Origin: Balanoglossus misakiensis
Lineage: Eukaryota > Animalia > Hemichordata
Assembly: GCA_040954595.2 (NCBI GenBank)
Contig: CM082584.2
Coordinates: 9,691,061 to 9,755,060 of the forward strand
DNA length: 64,000 nucleotides
Direction: 5' to 3'
Part shown: positions 1-13,830 of the stretch, in pieces
Numbering within the stretch: position 1 is the first letter of the stretch
How the letters are laid out: the number at the start of each line of letters is the position of its first letter
Translations under genes and position numbers: made by a program
The notes under the pieces: model-generated
The model's database searches: none
Told to the model about the DNA's origin: nothing
The model's input: the letters and a program-made list of their open reading frames with translations, nothing else

Positions 1-249
1 GATCAAGAATTGAAAAATAACACTAGCAATCACATACTAAATAATGATACTCTTCATTGACAATTACTTTAAAGAAAACAAATTTCAGAAATTGCACATC
101 ACACAATAGGTCACAATCACCATAAATATTAAATACTGATGAATGTACATTACATAGGAATTGTATTCTTGGAATGATTTCTAGTTTCAACAAATTTTAA
201 GTTTAATAATGCCTGTAGCAATCTCTCACATTCTTGCACATCTGAAAAT

Positions 250-333
250 CTCAACCCAAGTTTGGTCCAACTCTATTATTTCCAATGGCAATACTGGACC
301 TTTATACAGGGAAATGGGGGTGACAAGGGTTAA
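250..333 (-). mobile_element. Partial second copy of the same MITE-like family, in the LMBRD2 3' region
   Basis: The reverse complement of 301-333 (TTAACCCTTGTCACCCCCATTTCCCTGTATAAA) closely matches 54878-54908 (TTAATCCCTTCACCCCCATTTTCCTGTAAAT). Confidence 0.55.
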
Positions 334-782
334 GCATGTTGGGCAGGCAGTTTTCAATAGCCAGCACACTGTATAGCATTGTAACGCAATAATGAGGTAA
401 ATTAGTTCATTGCACTGATATGAAGTGTACAACAAAGTTTTAGAAATTCTTTAAACTTTCCTAAGAAATGATCTGATATGACACCTTCCGTTCTACGTAA
501 AACTTCATACTCTGATAAATAGTTCACCTACACACATATATATACAATTTGGGCAATAGGGTGCCCTCTATCGCCTAAACTCTGGTCTTTAGTCATTGTG
601 TACATGGACCCATGTACAGGAAAAAGGGGTTGCAGTGATCAAAAGAAAACTCAACATGAGTACTAATTTCACCATCACAAAGAAATTATTCATGAAATTC
701 ACGTCGACCAGGAAGCTAACCCAACTTCAAGATGTCCCGTGTTGATGCAATACTCAAGAGCCAAGGAACCAATAAAGTGACT

Positions 783-3700
783 TCAGACATCATCAAACAT
801 TCCCCCCTTCCGTGTGCTGTTGGATGAGTAGCCGGAACCTCGAGAGCCGGACGACCAAGATGGTCGGTTGTAGCGGGAAGCGCCGCCGGACACTCCATTG
901 CGGTCAGCGTTCAGTGAGAGGCTCTCTGGGTAGTCCGCAACGTGATCCTCATGGAAGTCGATCGGTTCAGTTTCTTTCAGCAGTTCTACTTTGTCGCTGT
1001 CTGGCGGCTTGGCACTCTTGATGAATTTAGCTGTTACAGTAGAATGGACAAAATACCCAGTTTAGTTACACTCAGTCAAATAATTACTGTGTTTACAGCC
1101 TTAAGCGACCCTCCCTTGTTGATTGAGAATGACAAACCTGATTGAAGAAATCAGTATTCTTAATTGATCCTTTTGAAACCTTGACACAAGCAAAGATGGT
1201 CCAAATTACCTCTGGTTTTATCATATGCCGATTGGCTCCCCCGTCCTGTGTCACTGTCACTCTCCCGGGAACGAACGTATCGCCCACCTTCACTGGAGGA
1301 ATAACCTCCTGAGGAGTAGCCCGCATCCCGGTTACCATAGCGATCGAAAAACTCCCTTCGTCTGGTCTCACCGTCTTGTATTCTCTGACGTTTCCTTTTC
1401 TCTAAAATAAGAAATTGAAATTATGAGATTTTTTTGACGTGGAATCAAAGTGGTTCTTTCATGGATGATCTTGATATATCCATGTTTGTCAAATTGAAAG
1501 GGACAGTTGTCATGAACAATCGGCTTTGAAATCAGAGAATCTGGCAGACACCATTTCTTGTACGAAATATAATTACCTCTCTTGACAATCTGTCTACCCT
1601 CATCGACGTAGTCTTGAGTCATTTCATCCTCCCCGATGAACTGCTGAAAGCCCAGGAAAGCCAGGCACCGACTTCCCAGGCTGAAGTAGGTGGCTATGCA
1701 AAGAGCCAGCACAGTGATTGGGTAGTAGATGTAGAAGCCGTCGGCCATGAACGGCAGTACGTCCATGTGGCGTCCCATAGCCTGTCAAAGCAAAAAAGGC
1801 CGCACATGAATATTGCAGTGCATGGATCAGTCTTGTATACATTATATTGTTTCACACAAAGAAATGCACTTTTGTTTGACACACTATCAGAGGCACTCTA
1901 ACTCACCGCTGTAAATGATGTTTCCAGCATATCGTCATCTCCTGTGATATGACTGTCCAAGTGAATTAGCCCAAGGAAGTTGAGGCAGAGGGGAGGCGTC
2001 AGACGACACAGCAATCTGAAATCAAAACCAACCAAAACAATGAGCATCGGACTTGCACATATCATTATGTTTTGTATTGATCTTCGAATGTAAAATGAAC
2101 AAACTTAAAAACTTCATGATGTTAAGGAAAAATTAATATACAATTATGTGAAAAATATTTATGTAGAAATTGTATACTTACATGGCAGAAAATAAGAGAC
2201 TATTTTCATCAGTTTGGTGATGATCCGCCAGGTAATAATAATTAAATACTCGGATTCTAAATACGGGATAATAAGCACACACGCTCAAGTAGGATATCGT
2301 CAAAAAGGACGCCAACTGCAAAATAAAAATCAACAATCTGTCAACATGACTCGTTGTGATGAAGGATGGATCATATTCATTGACAGACTTCTTGTGATTG
2401 ATTTCGATCTGAAATTTGCAGCCACCCAATGAAATTCTTGTTCAAAACCTAGTCAACTGAGCCACTTACCTCAATGTAAAAATAATTATAATTGTCAGCG
2501 GCGAGATCCACGAATATAGCGAACAGCGAGAGAACTGGATTTTTGTTGAAGAATGTCACCTCAGACCAGATGACCGCCAGGGAGAAGATCGCAAGCACAA
2601 TAGACAGAAACTTCAGTGTCCACGGTTTGCATATGATTTTCCAATACCATTCAATCTTGGGGGTGTAAATAGCTTTCAGTATACCCCTCCTAGGGTTACT
2701 TGAAAAAGTGTGCTTGAAATAGCTACGATGATGGAAAGACACAGAAATGATTGATTTACTTACTTACATACTCACTTTAATACACACAGTGTACTTGTTG
2801 GAGATGGCCTTTCAAAACTGATCACGAAAAATACTGGACTGATTTCACTCACCCATCTCCATCATCCGCATTCTTTTCCACGTCTTCCAACTCAAACGCC
2901 CTCTCCAGCAATCTCTGCCACTCAAACTTGGCTCTCCTCTCGTTCATGACGGCGTAGATGATTTTACTGTGCAGTCGGACCAGGGTCCTCTGAGTGGGCA
3001 TCTCCAGCTCCCCGCCGCCGTAGTCTTCGTAGTCGTCCATGGTGCGCTTGCCCACCTTGTCTTGAAAGTCGTCGGGGCATTTGGTCATGATGGTGTCGAT
3101 GTGTTTGTGCAGAGGGTGGTTGTATCGGATGGACTCGGCCGCCTTCTTGATCTCCTGAGAGTACCACGGACGGTAAAAAACGGTATGTAAATATGCTGAC
3201 TGAATGGTAACACTGTAATATACTGGCAAACTTTGGATAGATCTCTCACTAAGACTCGACCAAGCTATTCCACCAAAGGATGCACTGGTTCAGTGTGACA
3301 ACGTTAGATTGGACTTTATAGATCTTACAGCCGAGAAGCATATTACCCTTTTACAACACACAGATCAGTATGTGTCGAAAAACTTAAAAATGACAGCACA
3401 GCACTGAAAAAACACGGCAACACAACACAACAGAACTTACATCTAAGATATCTTCCAGATTCTCCTCTGCTTCCGACTTCTCAGTGCTTAGTTTAGCAAT
3501 TTGGAAATAAGTATAGGACAGTTCATATCCCTTCTTGGCTGCATTCCAGTACTTCCTCGGCACTTCCACTAGACCATACCCAAGCAGCAAAACCAGCAGG
3601 AAAAGACCCCATGTGTTGCTCGCCGTCACTAAGATAATGGAAAGCTTCTCTCTGAAAAAGGAAATTATGAAAAGCTTTCTAGTTTGAGAATCTATCAAAC

Positions 3701-5702
3701 AAGCCCATGTTACTTTCCACTTTCACTCAGATTCACATGCCAGAACAATGTATATAATTTCCATTCGCTCGTTTCCCACATTTTCACAGCATAAAAAATG
3801 AACCTTTACTCACCCATCCAAACGTATGTCAGGTCTTGCAGCCACATAGATGAGCAATATGCCAAATATGAGCAAGTAACTGCCATAGTAAATGGCATTC
3901 TCTATCAAAGCAGCCTTGAGTTTACCCCTGACTGTGAATTCTCCGGCTCTCGAATAGGACTGCATCAACGGACAAACAATCCTTCAAAAAAAAAGATAAC
4001 CAAGACAAAGGTGAAACGGTCAATTAATAAAGTCCTAAGTTCACTGGTCAGACAGTGCAGTGGAATGATATACATTGCTGATGTGTGTTATTATCTTTTA
4101 GGCAACAGGTGGTTACACTGCCTGTTTACTTCATATGCAGAATCAATACAGATCTGATCATTCCATGTGTATTTAATTGACATGCATCTGTCACCTGTCC
4201 TACCATGAAAATCCATTTTGATCTCTAAAAATAAAGAGTTTCACCCAAACGAACAACAGTTGATTACTGGTAATGTGTCCAGGTACCACAGAAATGAAAT
4301 AAAACATTAAACCTACCATGTCAAAATTTGTGAAGTCCAGTACACGATATTCCACATGTCCGGGAGAATGTTATCCGGAACGTAACTCCACGGTTTTCCG
4401 CAGTCGTATACTTCGCGCCGCTTGATGGATGTCAGTTCACTTATCTCAGTGGAGTTCTCTGTGGTTGGGGGGCCGTCCTGCTCCGTGGTGGTGAAGATGG
4501 CACCGGTCGGCAGATACGTGGAATTGGGGTCCTCGATGCTGTTGCGAAATACGGCTTGCTGAGATTCGTTGGTGGATAACGTTGTGATCTCCTCAACCTT
4601 CTCATGGTCATATATGCACTGTTGGTATATTGTCTAGAACAGAAACAACAACACTGTATCATGCAGGAGATACTTGAAAGAACAGGGCTGATTTCTGTGC
4701 TATTTCTGCCGTATATGAAAACATGCACAGTTTATCATCATCATTGTGCAGCTGTTGTCTACACTCGTATCTGTTCCTATGTGTCCTAATCTGCTCTTTG
4801 TTCGTGTATAAAATAGGATATGAAGAGCATTGTGTAACAATTCAGTGGCAGTCACACTGAGCATAAAAGTGTCACATTTCTTTCATGTGATGCCACAGCT
4901 GTGATTATTTGATGCCAGTGAAGCCCACACAGTGACACAACAGCAATATTGCATTAGAAAATATTTCTAGAACCTATCTTTCTCTGTGTACATGTCAGCA
5001 GCTGGGGTTCTATAATTTTTGCATGGTTTTCTTGCGTCACCAATGAGTTTGTTGGGTTAATGGCACGTCATATTGGCTTAGCGAGCACACTGATCACTAC
5101 CCATGTGGACTTATGTTGTAAGACACAAGTGCTAGCATTTATCTGTATATATATGACTCATACTATACTGCCCAGCTTATGATATACATCTACTAGTACC
5201 CATGTAACATCTGTGGTGTATTATCTAGACAGATAGCAAACCACAGGCGCTAGGCTATGCATACAGAACAATGTACTGAGCTGATTTCTCCTCCGTTGCT
5301 GTACAATTCCATTGAACAAGAGCTTTTACCATTCTCTAATTTACTGCAAACCTAACCCACCCTGCTATAAAAAATTGTTATGAGACAATAACAATCTGTA
5401 CCATTTTATGGTAAGATTCCCTGAAAGAATGCTTCACAAATAAGCTGCAAGAGATTAATGCTGTAAATCTATAAAATTGATGCTGCTTGGGGGAAAAAAG
5501 CACATTTTATGAATCGCTTATAACTCACCGATGAAACATCTAATGGTAGGATGAAGATAATGATGAATGAAAAGTACCATGACACAAATGTTGCTAATGT
5601 TACAACTATATGCTGCTTTCTCCAGTTGCCATAGCGATGCAGTAGATATGCAGAGAGGATAAAGACGCAGATGATCTCAACAGCAAGTGGTCCTACACTC
5701 AT
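783..5702 (-). CDS. LMBRD2: LMBR1 domain-containing protein 2 (multi-pass membrane protein), 11 coding exons
   Basis: Phase-consistent GT-AG exons: 5702-5529, 4633-4317, 3981-3814, 3651-3441, 3154-2853, 2722-2470, 2315-2182, 2015-1907, 1781-1577, 1401-1210, 1030-783. Recognisable peptides: [102 protein letters not shown]-terminal MFDDV*. A non-coding 5' exon probably ends at a donor near 6512. Confidence 0.95.
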
Positions 5703-6519
5703 GGTTTCAGATGTCGTTGTTTTTTCTTTTCTTCAGTTAATATGTCCTAAATTCAAGTGATTTTGCCACATGGCATTGTCCATAAAGACCTGCAGAAGAA
5801 AAAAAAATAACTCAGTAAAACAAGAAGTAGTCTTGCTGAACAGTTGAAAAGGAAACGAAACATTTCTATCTTTAAAACTTGGTCATTTTGTATTGCTGTG
5901 GGTTTCTACATATCTATACTATATATAGTTCCTGATCTGTTGAACAGAAATGATTCAGCTGACTTCAGACATGACTCACTGAATCAAGAGCCCAGCTGTA
6001 CGGTTTTTTCGATCACAGTGCGTATCTTGATGTATCCTGAACCTTCTTTTGCTGTACCAGCCAAATATATTTTAATCGTCATCGGAAATAATTCTCCCGA
6101 CAATCAATCAGTACTGGGTATGGGAATCAGGAACATGACTTCCGGATTCACATGTAATATTTCAACGCGTAGATCAAGAACATTGGCGGTGTAACAATTA
6201 CATCGCATAATCCTGACTGCACCATCGAACACAGACGATTCTAAATATGCCAGGTAGTAAAAACAGGACAGGGCATTGTATACAAATTAGCACGACCCGG
6301 CCCCTACTTCGGGCCCTTCGATTTCTGTGACTTTAACTCATTCAAAATTTTAACATAATGAACGTAAACACTTCAATATTGGACTCAACGCGGACCCGAA
6401 ATTTTAGGAAACCTCGCGTCCGCTTAATAGGTAATGACATTGATGTGTTCTTAGCATGACCACAAGGGTCTCATTTACCTCCCCTGCCCCGCCCCCAAAA
6501 GAAAATTCTCACCTGTCGC

Positions 6520-6803
6520 CGATCATGCAGACGTGGAACTCATCTTTCAGATTTTCTAATGTCTGTACAACAAAAGTGCGCATGCGTATGTTGATTTCAT
6601 TCGTAAGTTCTTTACTCCAACGCAAAGGGTAATTTCAATCATTTTTCGTTTTTTATTTGCGCAGTTTTTCACAAAAATGGTAAGTTGAGGCTTTTGAAAT
6701 ATGTTTTGACCTCTAGAAAATAGCAAAATCACATTTATAGTTACCGTTAAGGTTGTTTAAAATCTGTAAAAAAAAAATACTGAGGTCAAAGTTTACGGGT
6801 CAA
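6520..6803. promoter_or_regulatory. Bidirectional promoter of LMBRD2 and REXO2 with an NRF1-like site
   Basis: Head-to-head arrangement. TGCGCATGCG at 6577-6586 matches the NRF1 palindromic consensus. Confidence 0.5.
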
Positions 6804-8207
6804 ATGTCATTCATAAGGGTTTTGGGCAGACGAAGATTTGATTTGTCAGCATTTGGTAGGGTTTTTCTTGGCGGAGATCGAAGTACAAGTTGTGCGGTCA
6901 TCTCCAAGCGAGTGTTGAGGATGTTCTCAAATGGAGCAAGGCGAGGTTATCAAAATTCTGACGCAACAGCCATAGCAAAACGGTTGATTTGGGTTGACTG
7001 TGAAATGACAGGGCTGGAGATTGAAACCTGTCACTTGATCGAAATCGCTGTCGTCATAACGGAGGGGGATTTGACTATTGTGGAGGAGGTAAGTCGTGTC
7101 AAACCACAGACTGCGTCGTTCAGTAATATATGAGTGTGTCTTGGTATCTTTGTAGGGATCCTCAGTGGTAGAGAGATTTCTAGGAACTCAAGTCTGAAAA
7201 GTGAAAGTGAAACGAATCAATGTACGTTTCACTTGGAACCAGGTGCTATGCCACGTGGACTATGTTATGTAGAATAATCACAAAGTTTCCTTCGAACCTG
7301 TGCAGTTGAGACTGTTATCCGGGCGTCTGTTTCAGGTCACGTTTGAACACATGGCTACAGACCTGTATTTAAACCCCATATCTCGATTTAATTGCCTCTG
7401 ACGTAATTGAATCACATGATCATTAACAGGCGCAAGCATACACACAATTGATCATGAGGGTTATGATATAAATCATATTACTTGTATACTAGTATTAAAC
7501 ATTTGACTTTATACACTTACACATTGTTCAGCCTTCACGATTATCTATAATTGACAGCATCGTCTTCCTCTTGGCTTCTTTTGTTCAGGGACCAAACATA
7601 GTGATCCATCAACCGGACGGAGTTATGGACAGCATGAACGACTGGTGCAAGACACACCACGGACAATCTGGACTCACCGAAGCCGTTAGGAACAGCAAAA
7701 TCTCGCTGGAACAGGCCGAGTACGAAGTGTTGTCATTTGTACGCAAGCACACTCAGCCAGGACACAGCCCCCTTGCAGGCAATTCAGTTCATTGCGACCG
7801 AGTCTTCTTGCAAAAGTACATGCCTAAGTTCACGGCTCACTGCCACTATCGCATCGTTGACGTCAGTACAATCAAAGAGTTGTGCAGGTGAGTGCTTTTC
7901 TGGAACTCGCAGTGTCTGCTTCATTACGATTTTCCTTGGCAGGTAATATTTCATCACTTTTGCCAAGCACAGCAGCTGGACAAATAGTGAAATATTACCA
8001 ATGGGAGCTACCATGCCACTGACACTACATTTTTTCTTTGCATCGTCTCGCAGACGGTGGTATCCAGAAGTCTTCGAAACCGCACCAATCAAGAGAGCCA
8101 GCCACAGAGCCATAAATGACATCAGGGAGTCCATCAAAGAACTACAATACTACCAGAAAACTGTCTTTAAGAATGCTGCAGATGTACTTATCCCCAAGGA
8201 GAGATGA
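6804..8207 (+). CDS. REXO2: Oligoribonuclease (DEDDh 3'-5' exonuclease) with mitochondrial-type N-terminal extension, 3 exons, ~245 aa
   Basis: Exons 6804-7088, 7589-7887, 8054-8207. Motifs: [73 protein letters not shown]. The N-terminus is Arg-rich. Confidence 0.96.
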
Positions 8208-10449
8208 AAATGGAAAAGACTATGATTCTGACCGACAAACACCAAGAGTTCGTTCTCTGGCATATTAGCAATTCCAAGTAGTGTCCTATCCTATACATAC
8301 AATTATATTTTTTTATCAGTTGATGCAGAGTTTATGTTACACTTTCACATTTGCTAGCTGGAGTTGCTAGTTGCAACTCTGTTCGAGAGTTTAATTGCAT
8401 TTAATTAAAAATTCTTCACCACACATCTTCATTAAATTTTGCCACTTTGTATTTTACATTTCATGGATTGCCTGTATGACTTAGTCAGTGTTACCTGTTA
8501 CTCTGATTGAGTGGGTAATTGATTTTCACAGTACTTATCTTCACCAACTTAGTTAAGCCCCCCCCCCCCCCCAGCCATCCCAAGGGCAGGCACAGTGTGC
8601 CTTAGACTATGCAGTTCCCTCACCCAGCATGAACACGTTTATTCCCGCATCATTCACATTTACATTATCAAGTTTGGTTAGGAAATGATGCACCCAGGTC
8701 ATTCATTGACAGGACCCTGCTATTCATGAGAACCTTGTCCCTTGTAGAAAGTGATCAGATTATCCGACCAAGGGCAGGAAAATCATCATAGTTGAACTTG
8801 GTGAGAAGGGACACTTTTTCATCAAATCAACCATGTGGAATTTGTATTTAGTTGCCTGTAAAACTGCTTTGAAAACTTAACACAACACTGAGATATTAAA
8901 TCAAAACTCTGTGATTTCTTTCTTTGTGCTGTTATTGTAATAATTCTACATATCAAGTGAGCTATCTGTTATTTCTGAAGCGCCGTCAGCTTAAGACGGT
9001 CGCAGTGGTATAATTTGCAGTACAGTCTAGCTTTGAGAAACAATTCAAATGGTGACCAATGTAAGCCTGCCTTGTTGATGTGATTGTCACTCAGATACTG
9101 TCAAACAAATCAGATTATTTTTGAGAGTTGTACATGTTGTATTATGGGAATCCAACCATTTTGTTTCGTGTTCACTATTTACATCGATGTCATGTTAACA
9201 GACTTGTAATATTATTCATGTGTTAGACCCTGCATGAAAATAAAGACAAGATTTCATGCTGAGATCTGTGACTTGAAAGTCCTTTGTCTAAGACACCTTA
9301 CTGTACTCTCAGAGGAGCACTGCATGCAAAATAAATGTCGGACATAACCAACAAAAAGAAAATTTCAAAACTTGTCAAAGCAAGAATGATTTTATTTTTT
9401 TAAATCTGAACGGCAAAAATCAAGCATTTTTTTAAAAGTTTCAAAAATACTATACACTTGGGTCTAAAAAAACTTGTGCAAGAACAACAGCCAAGAATCA
9501 GCGAAGGTAAAGCTCGAGCCAACCCTCCATCTGATTTTGACCAGGCTGGTTCTTGGTGTACTCCCATTTGTTCAAAACCAAGTAATACTTTCCCATGCAA
9601 ACCTGTCCCTCTCTCAAATGTTGGTACTTTTGAATAGTAAATGATGAACATAAATAATTAAATCAATACAACTCGGAAGAAACACTAAACAAAACGGTCA
9701 AACAAAGAAAAGTCTAAGATTCACTGTCAAAACAAGTAAACTACAAAAAAAAAAAAAAAACAATATTATTTTAAACTTATAGAGCTCTTAAAGGGGGGAG
9801 GGGGTTCCCATCTGCTTCTACGGGTATGGGTCTGATAGGACATAAATGCCAGCAAGTCAAAGTAGTAGGTGCAAAGTGTAACTGATGTACATCATGGCAG
9901 ACAATGTCTTCCCCTAAACAGTGGGAACAATGCCTGATTATGTGTTTATAAATTAATAGAAAAGTCACACATGTCATGATGTGGGTAAGACAACCTTTCC
10001 CCTATAAGTATTTATGAATAAATATGACAAATCTTGTTGCAAATGAAACATGACATTTAGTAAATATTTGCTTATTCAACCAAAGATATTGAGTTGTTCT
10101 AAGATGAAAAAAGTGTATATGTACCAACAATGTAACACTTGTTCATAGCTTAGTAAAGTATGGATACTCTCTGATTAAGCTCTTCTATAATCACCTTCCT
10201 TGTGATAAAAGGCCCACATATTTGATGAGGGAATCAAAATTACAGACATAGCGAAACCTGACAAAATACACTCTTGGCTCAAAACCTGCATCCTGCCAAA
10301 ACAGTTGAAACTGGCTGGATTTACAGGGGGCCTAAATTTACCTCACCCAGGCCCACTAACCTGCCAAGTGTGTGGGATTCAGCAGGGCCTCTAAATGACC
10401 ACCCAAGTTGCCAGTCCATGTAGGCTGTCACAACAGTGCACCAGTGCTT

Positions 10450-13400
10450 CTACTCATAACACTTGACGCCCCATATGCTGGATCGACTGACTCCGGTGGT
10501 GGGTCGGGAAATGCTGGAGAACGGATATTTGTTGACTTCGATCTTCGGCATGGACGCCCGGATGTTCTGGAGGGCCGAGTCGTGCACCAGTCCGAAGAAG
10601 TTTGCAGCAATCAAGCGTGGCATAGCTCCGAATTGTCTGCAGGAAGACATTTTCATAGAGGAGACAGAATTTAGTGCCAGAGAAGTTTTTGAGAACGAGG
10701 CCAAGCACATTTCTTCACTACACAAAGAAATTAAATTGACTGTTTTATATTCTTACTGCATCACTAATTGCGTGGTAAACTCTGAATTTTCCACATCTAT
10801 ACCAACATACAGTATATGATAAGCTATTAGCATATTCAAATGACCGCTATAAGGGACCAATCGGATGATAAGAACAATAAGGGTGGGTTTACTTACACCA
10901 GTACAGACAACGGGATATTGTAGCATCTACTCAGGGCTATGAAGAGCAAATTGTCGAGTCTGTTCATGATGTACTGGATGGATGTCTCTGTGATCAAGGC
11001 AGAGTCACTGATGTCCAGCTCTTGCAAATCAGGACACTGGTCGACAATTCCCATGACATCTAAATTATACCAACAATAAAAAAAGTAGAAATCAAGAGGT
11101 TATGATTACGTGTCCGATCATTGAACCTCCATGGCGGGAGAGTTTGTTTTGATGCTGTCTGGCTGACGGATTAAGAAAATAAATCCCTTACCGCCATCGG
11201 TGAGCAAGTGCCTAAAGCCACTGATGTTGAGTTTTTCGAGAGTTGAGGGCAAGTTGTTAATGACTGCAGTCAGCGCGGGCCTGGTCAGATTGGTCCACGA
11301 TATATTCAGCGAGATCAATCTGAAAACAGGTGTAATACAACAAAGCTCAGAAATGGCTACATAAGATTGAGTAACCTGGCTCTGTTTGAACCGATACTGG
11401 CTGTTCTGTGCATAGCTTTACACTCTAAGTTCATGTTCAAATTTTGAAGAACAATATATAGATGATTCACTTGTAACAGTGAGTAGTATCAATGGTCACT
11501 CACCTTCGACAGCTGGCCAGGAAATTGCCAATTCCAAGTGGCGTGAGTCCTGTACACATAGATATGTTGACTGTGTCCAGGTTTGGAATGCGGCAGAGAT
11601 TCTCAAAGACCCTGTCGTTCAGCTCACAGAACTCCAGGCTAAGTTTTTCGAGTTGGTAACATTTCAAGAGCAGATCTGCTACAGTGTCAGGCTGCACATG
11701 GCACTGGGACATGTCTAAATATTGCACTCTTATACACCTGAAAATGAAAAGGGTAAAAAAATAAAATATGAAAGTCACCCTGTCTCAAGAGGGGGTAGAG
11801 CTTTGATTGTTAGAATATTTCACCGATTTAAGTCTCAATAACCTGTCACACACGGGAACGCGAAACATCGGAAGCAGACAACCACTTATCGATTTAACAT
11901 CATTATGGACATACCTCCTGGGCTTTCTCCTGAGAATAATCACATCCTCGTCTTTGCTCATTTCAGCTGCATCTTTCCCTTCGAAAGCGTTTCCTACAAT
12001 GTCGGACTTTGTTAGCTTCACAGCAGTTGCCCCTCGCAGGAATATCCTCCCGAGCTGCCCGGATTCAAACCTTTTCATGGAAAGGTTGTTCCTCTTCCAG
12101 AGGGTCTCGTCAAACCTGCCAAAGGAGATCAGCATAAACTCTTTAGTTTGACATACTATTATTTCCCGACTGAAACTTTTTCATGCGAGTCTATAGGAAA
12201 CATTTCATTTGTTTCACTGTTATTTCCCCACTTTGATAGAATGAAAATTTTTGCCCCTAACCCTAATTTTCACGATAAAATGAACTTTGACTTCGGACAG
12301 TGTCAGTAGAATACTTACACCAGTCCACTCCATCGGTGACAAACTCTGGCACACCTTGCTAGCTGGGTTAGTGGTAACCACTTGAAAATATGCAAAATAA
12401 TTTCATCAGAGAGCGAACTATATGGATCTGAAATGCAGAAGATACAAAACATTCATCTGGGTCAATACCTTGAAATAGATTTTCACTGTGGCCCCAAGAT
12501 TTATATACAGCAGACATTCATTGAGACTATAGGGTAAAACCACACAAGAAAACAACATTCATTTTGACTCACCACATCTCTGCTCATCGAGTGGGCAACT
12601 GCTGTAACAAGATGAACTGTGTAAATAACTGGTTAATACCGGTAAAGGGTTCGGCCACTCATTCTCAGCTTCTTGATTTGAGTATATCTGTGAAATGACA
12701 AGTGACACTTACAATAACATGTACATATATTATGCATGTTACTATTCATCACATGTGATGTCATCAGTTACTCATGACTGCAGTTTGACATTCCTTGTCA
12801 TAGCTAAACGTCATCAATACTATCGTGTAACTTCTGAGGAATATAATTCAACAGTAATTGTAACCCCACTGAGGTTTATATCTGTATTCTACCTTCTGAG
12901 GGTTGAGTTTACCAGCTATATTTGCTGGTAAAAGTACTGTTTCCTGTGGTGACACAAATTGCAAGTCAGAACCTCCAGAGTTCTCATCGCTGCTTTCACT
13001 GGCGGGCTGTATTTCGTTGACTCCCATCTCTTCGTACAAGGTCTTCTTGTTCACTTCATCCACATCCCAGGTCAAGCTGGTTGACCTGTTTTGCTCTTTC
13101 AAAAGTTTAGAATCCTGGTTCCCTTTTCTGTCAAGTAAAGTGTCAGAACTGATACAGTTATGATTGATCACCAGTTGCAATACTGAAACCGTAATTAGTT
13201 CAGGACAGACATAAATAAATCAACCTGACTGACTTGACTTTGTCATGTCTTTAGGCCCTCTCAAGGCGATATGTACATCACTGTGTACAGGCATTGGGAA
13301 ACAATGAAGCTGGGCACACTGCAGTACACATCGATACTGTGTTACAGGCTGGTCAGTACAACCGCAAAGTTTACCATAATCACATAAATAACTGCAAACT

Positions 13401-13457
13401 GTATCTGGACCCATACCTGCGTTTCTTGGCTTTCCCTCTGTTCGGATTCCCCTCCAT
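10450..13457 (-). CDS. SKP2: S-phase kinase-associated protein 2 (F-box/LRR substrate receptor of SCF)
   Basis: Exons: 13457-13417, 13148-~12913 (3' end uncertain), 12427-12319 (F-box SSLSDEIILHIFKWLPLTQLARCARVCHRW), 12115-11915 (FDETLWKR), 11737-11504, 11319-11192, 11059-10897, 10636-10450. LRRs include RVQYLDMSQC, LEKLSLEFCEL, LNISW, LEKLNISGFR, CPDLQELDISDS. N-terminal TSLTWD..EEMGV and C-terminal SIWGVKC resemble vertebrate SKP2. Confidence 0.92.
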
Positions 13458-13459
13458 TT

Positions 13460-13830
13460 GCGGGCGATTACCTCCTGTTCAGCACCTCTTCGCCTTCGAC
13501 TTTGCCGCCATATTGGGCCCTTGTCCAATCTCGTTCAATCAATTATGCAAATGTATTCACCAATCCCGTCCGAAGTTTGAAATATCGCGAGAACTGAGAC
13601 AGTACCCGGAAGCACTATTGCTCAATCACGGAAGTAAAGAAATGAAAACGAAACTTGCGTACGTTTGTGCAATCAGCAAGGAAAAAAAACCGGTGTGTGT
13701 GCGTGTGGTGCAATCGCGATCACATTGTTGCGGGTTACATATATAAATTGATCCGAGATACTGTCCGGTCGAACAGTTACATCAACAAGTACTAAGTCCG
13801 ATCGAGCCCAGGATAAGCCAACAAACAACC
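13460..13830. promoter_or_regulatory. Bidirectional promoter of SKP2 and NADAR-1 with cell-cycle motifs
   Basis: About 370 bp separate the ATGs. E2F-type TTTGCCGC at 13501-13508; CCAAT at ~13525 and ~13560; CHR-type TTTGAA at 13576-13581; ETS/GABP CGGAAG at ~13607 and ~13629. Locally CpG-rich. Confidence 0.55.
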
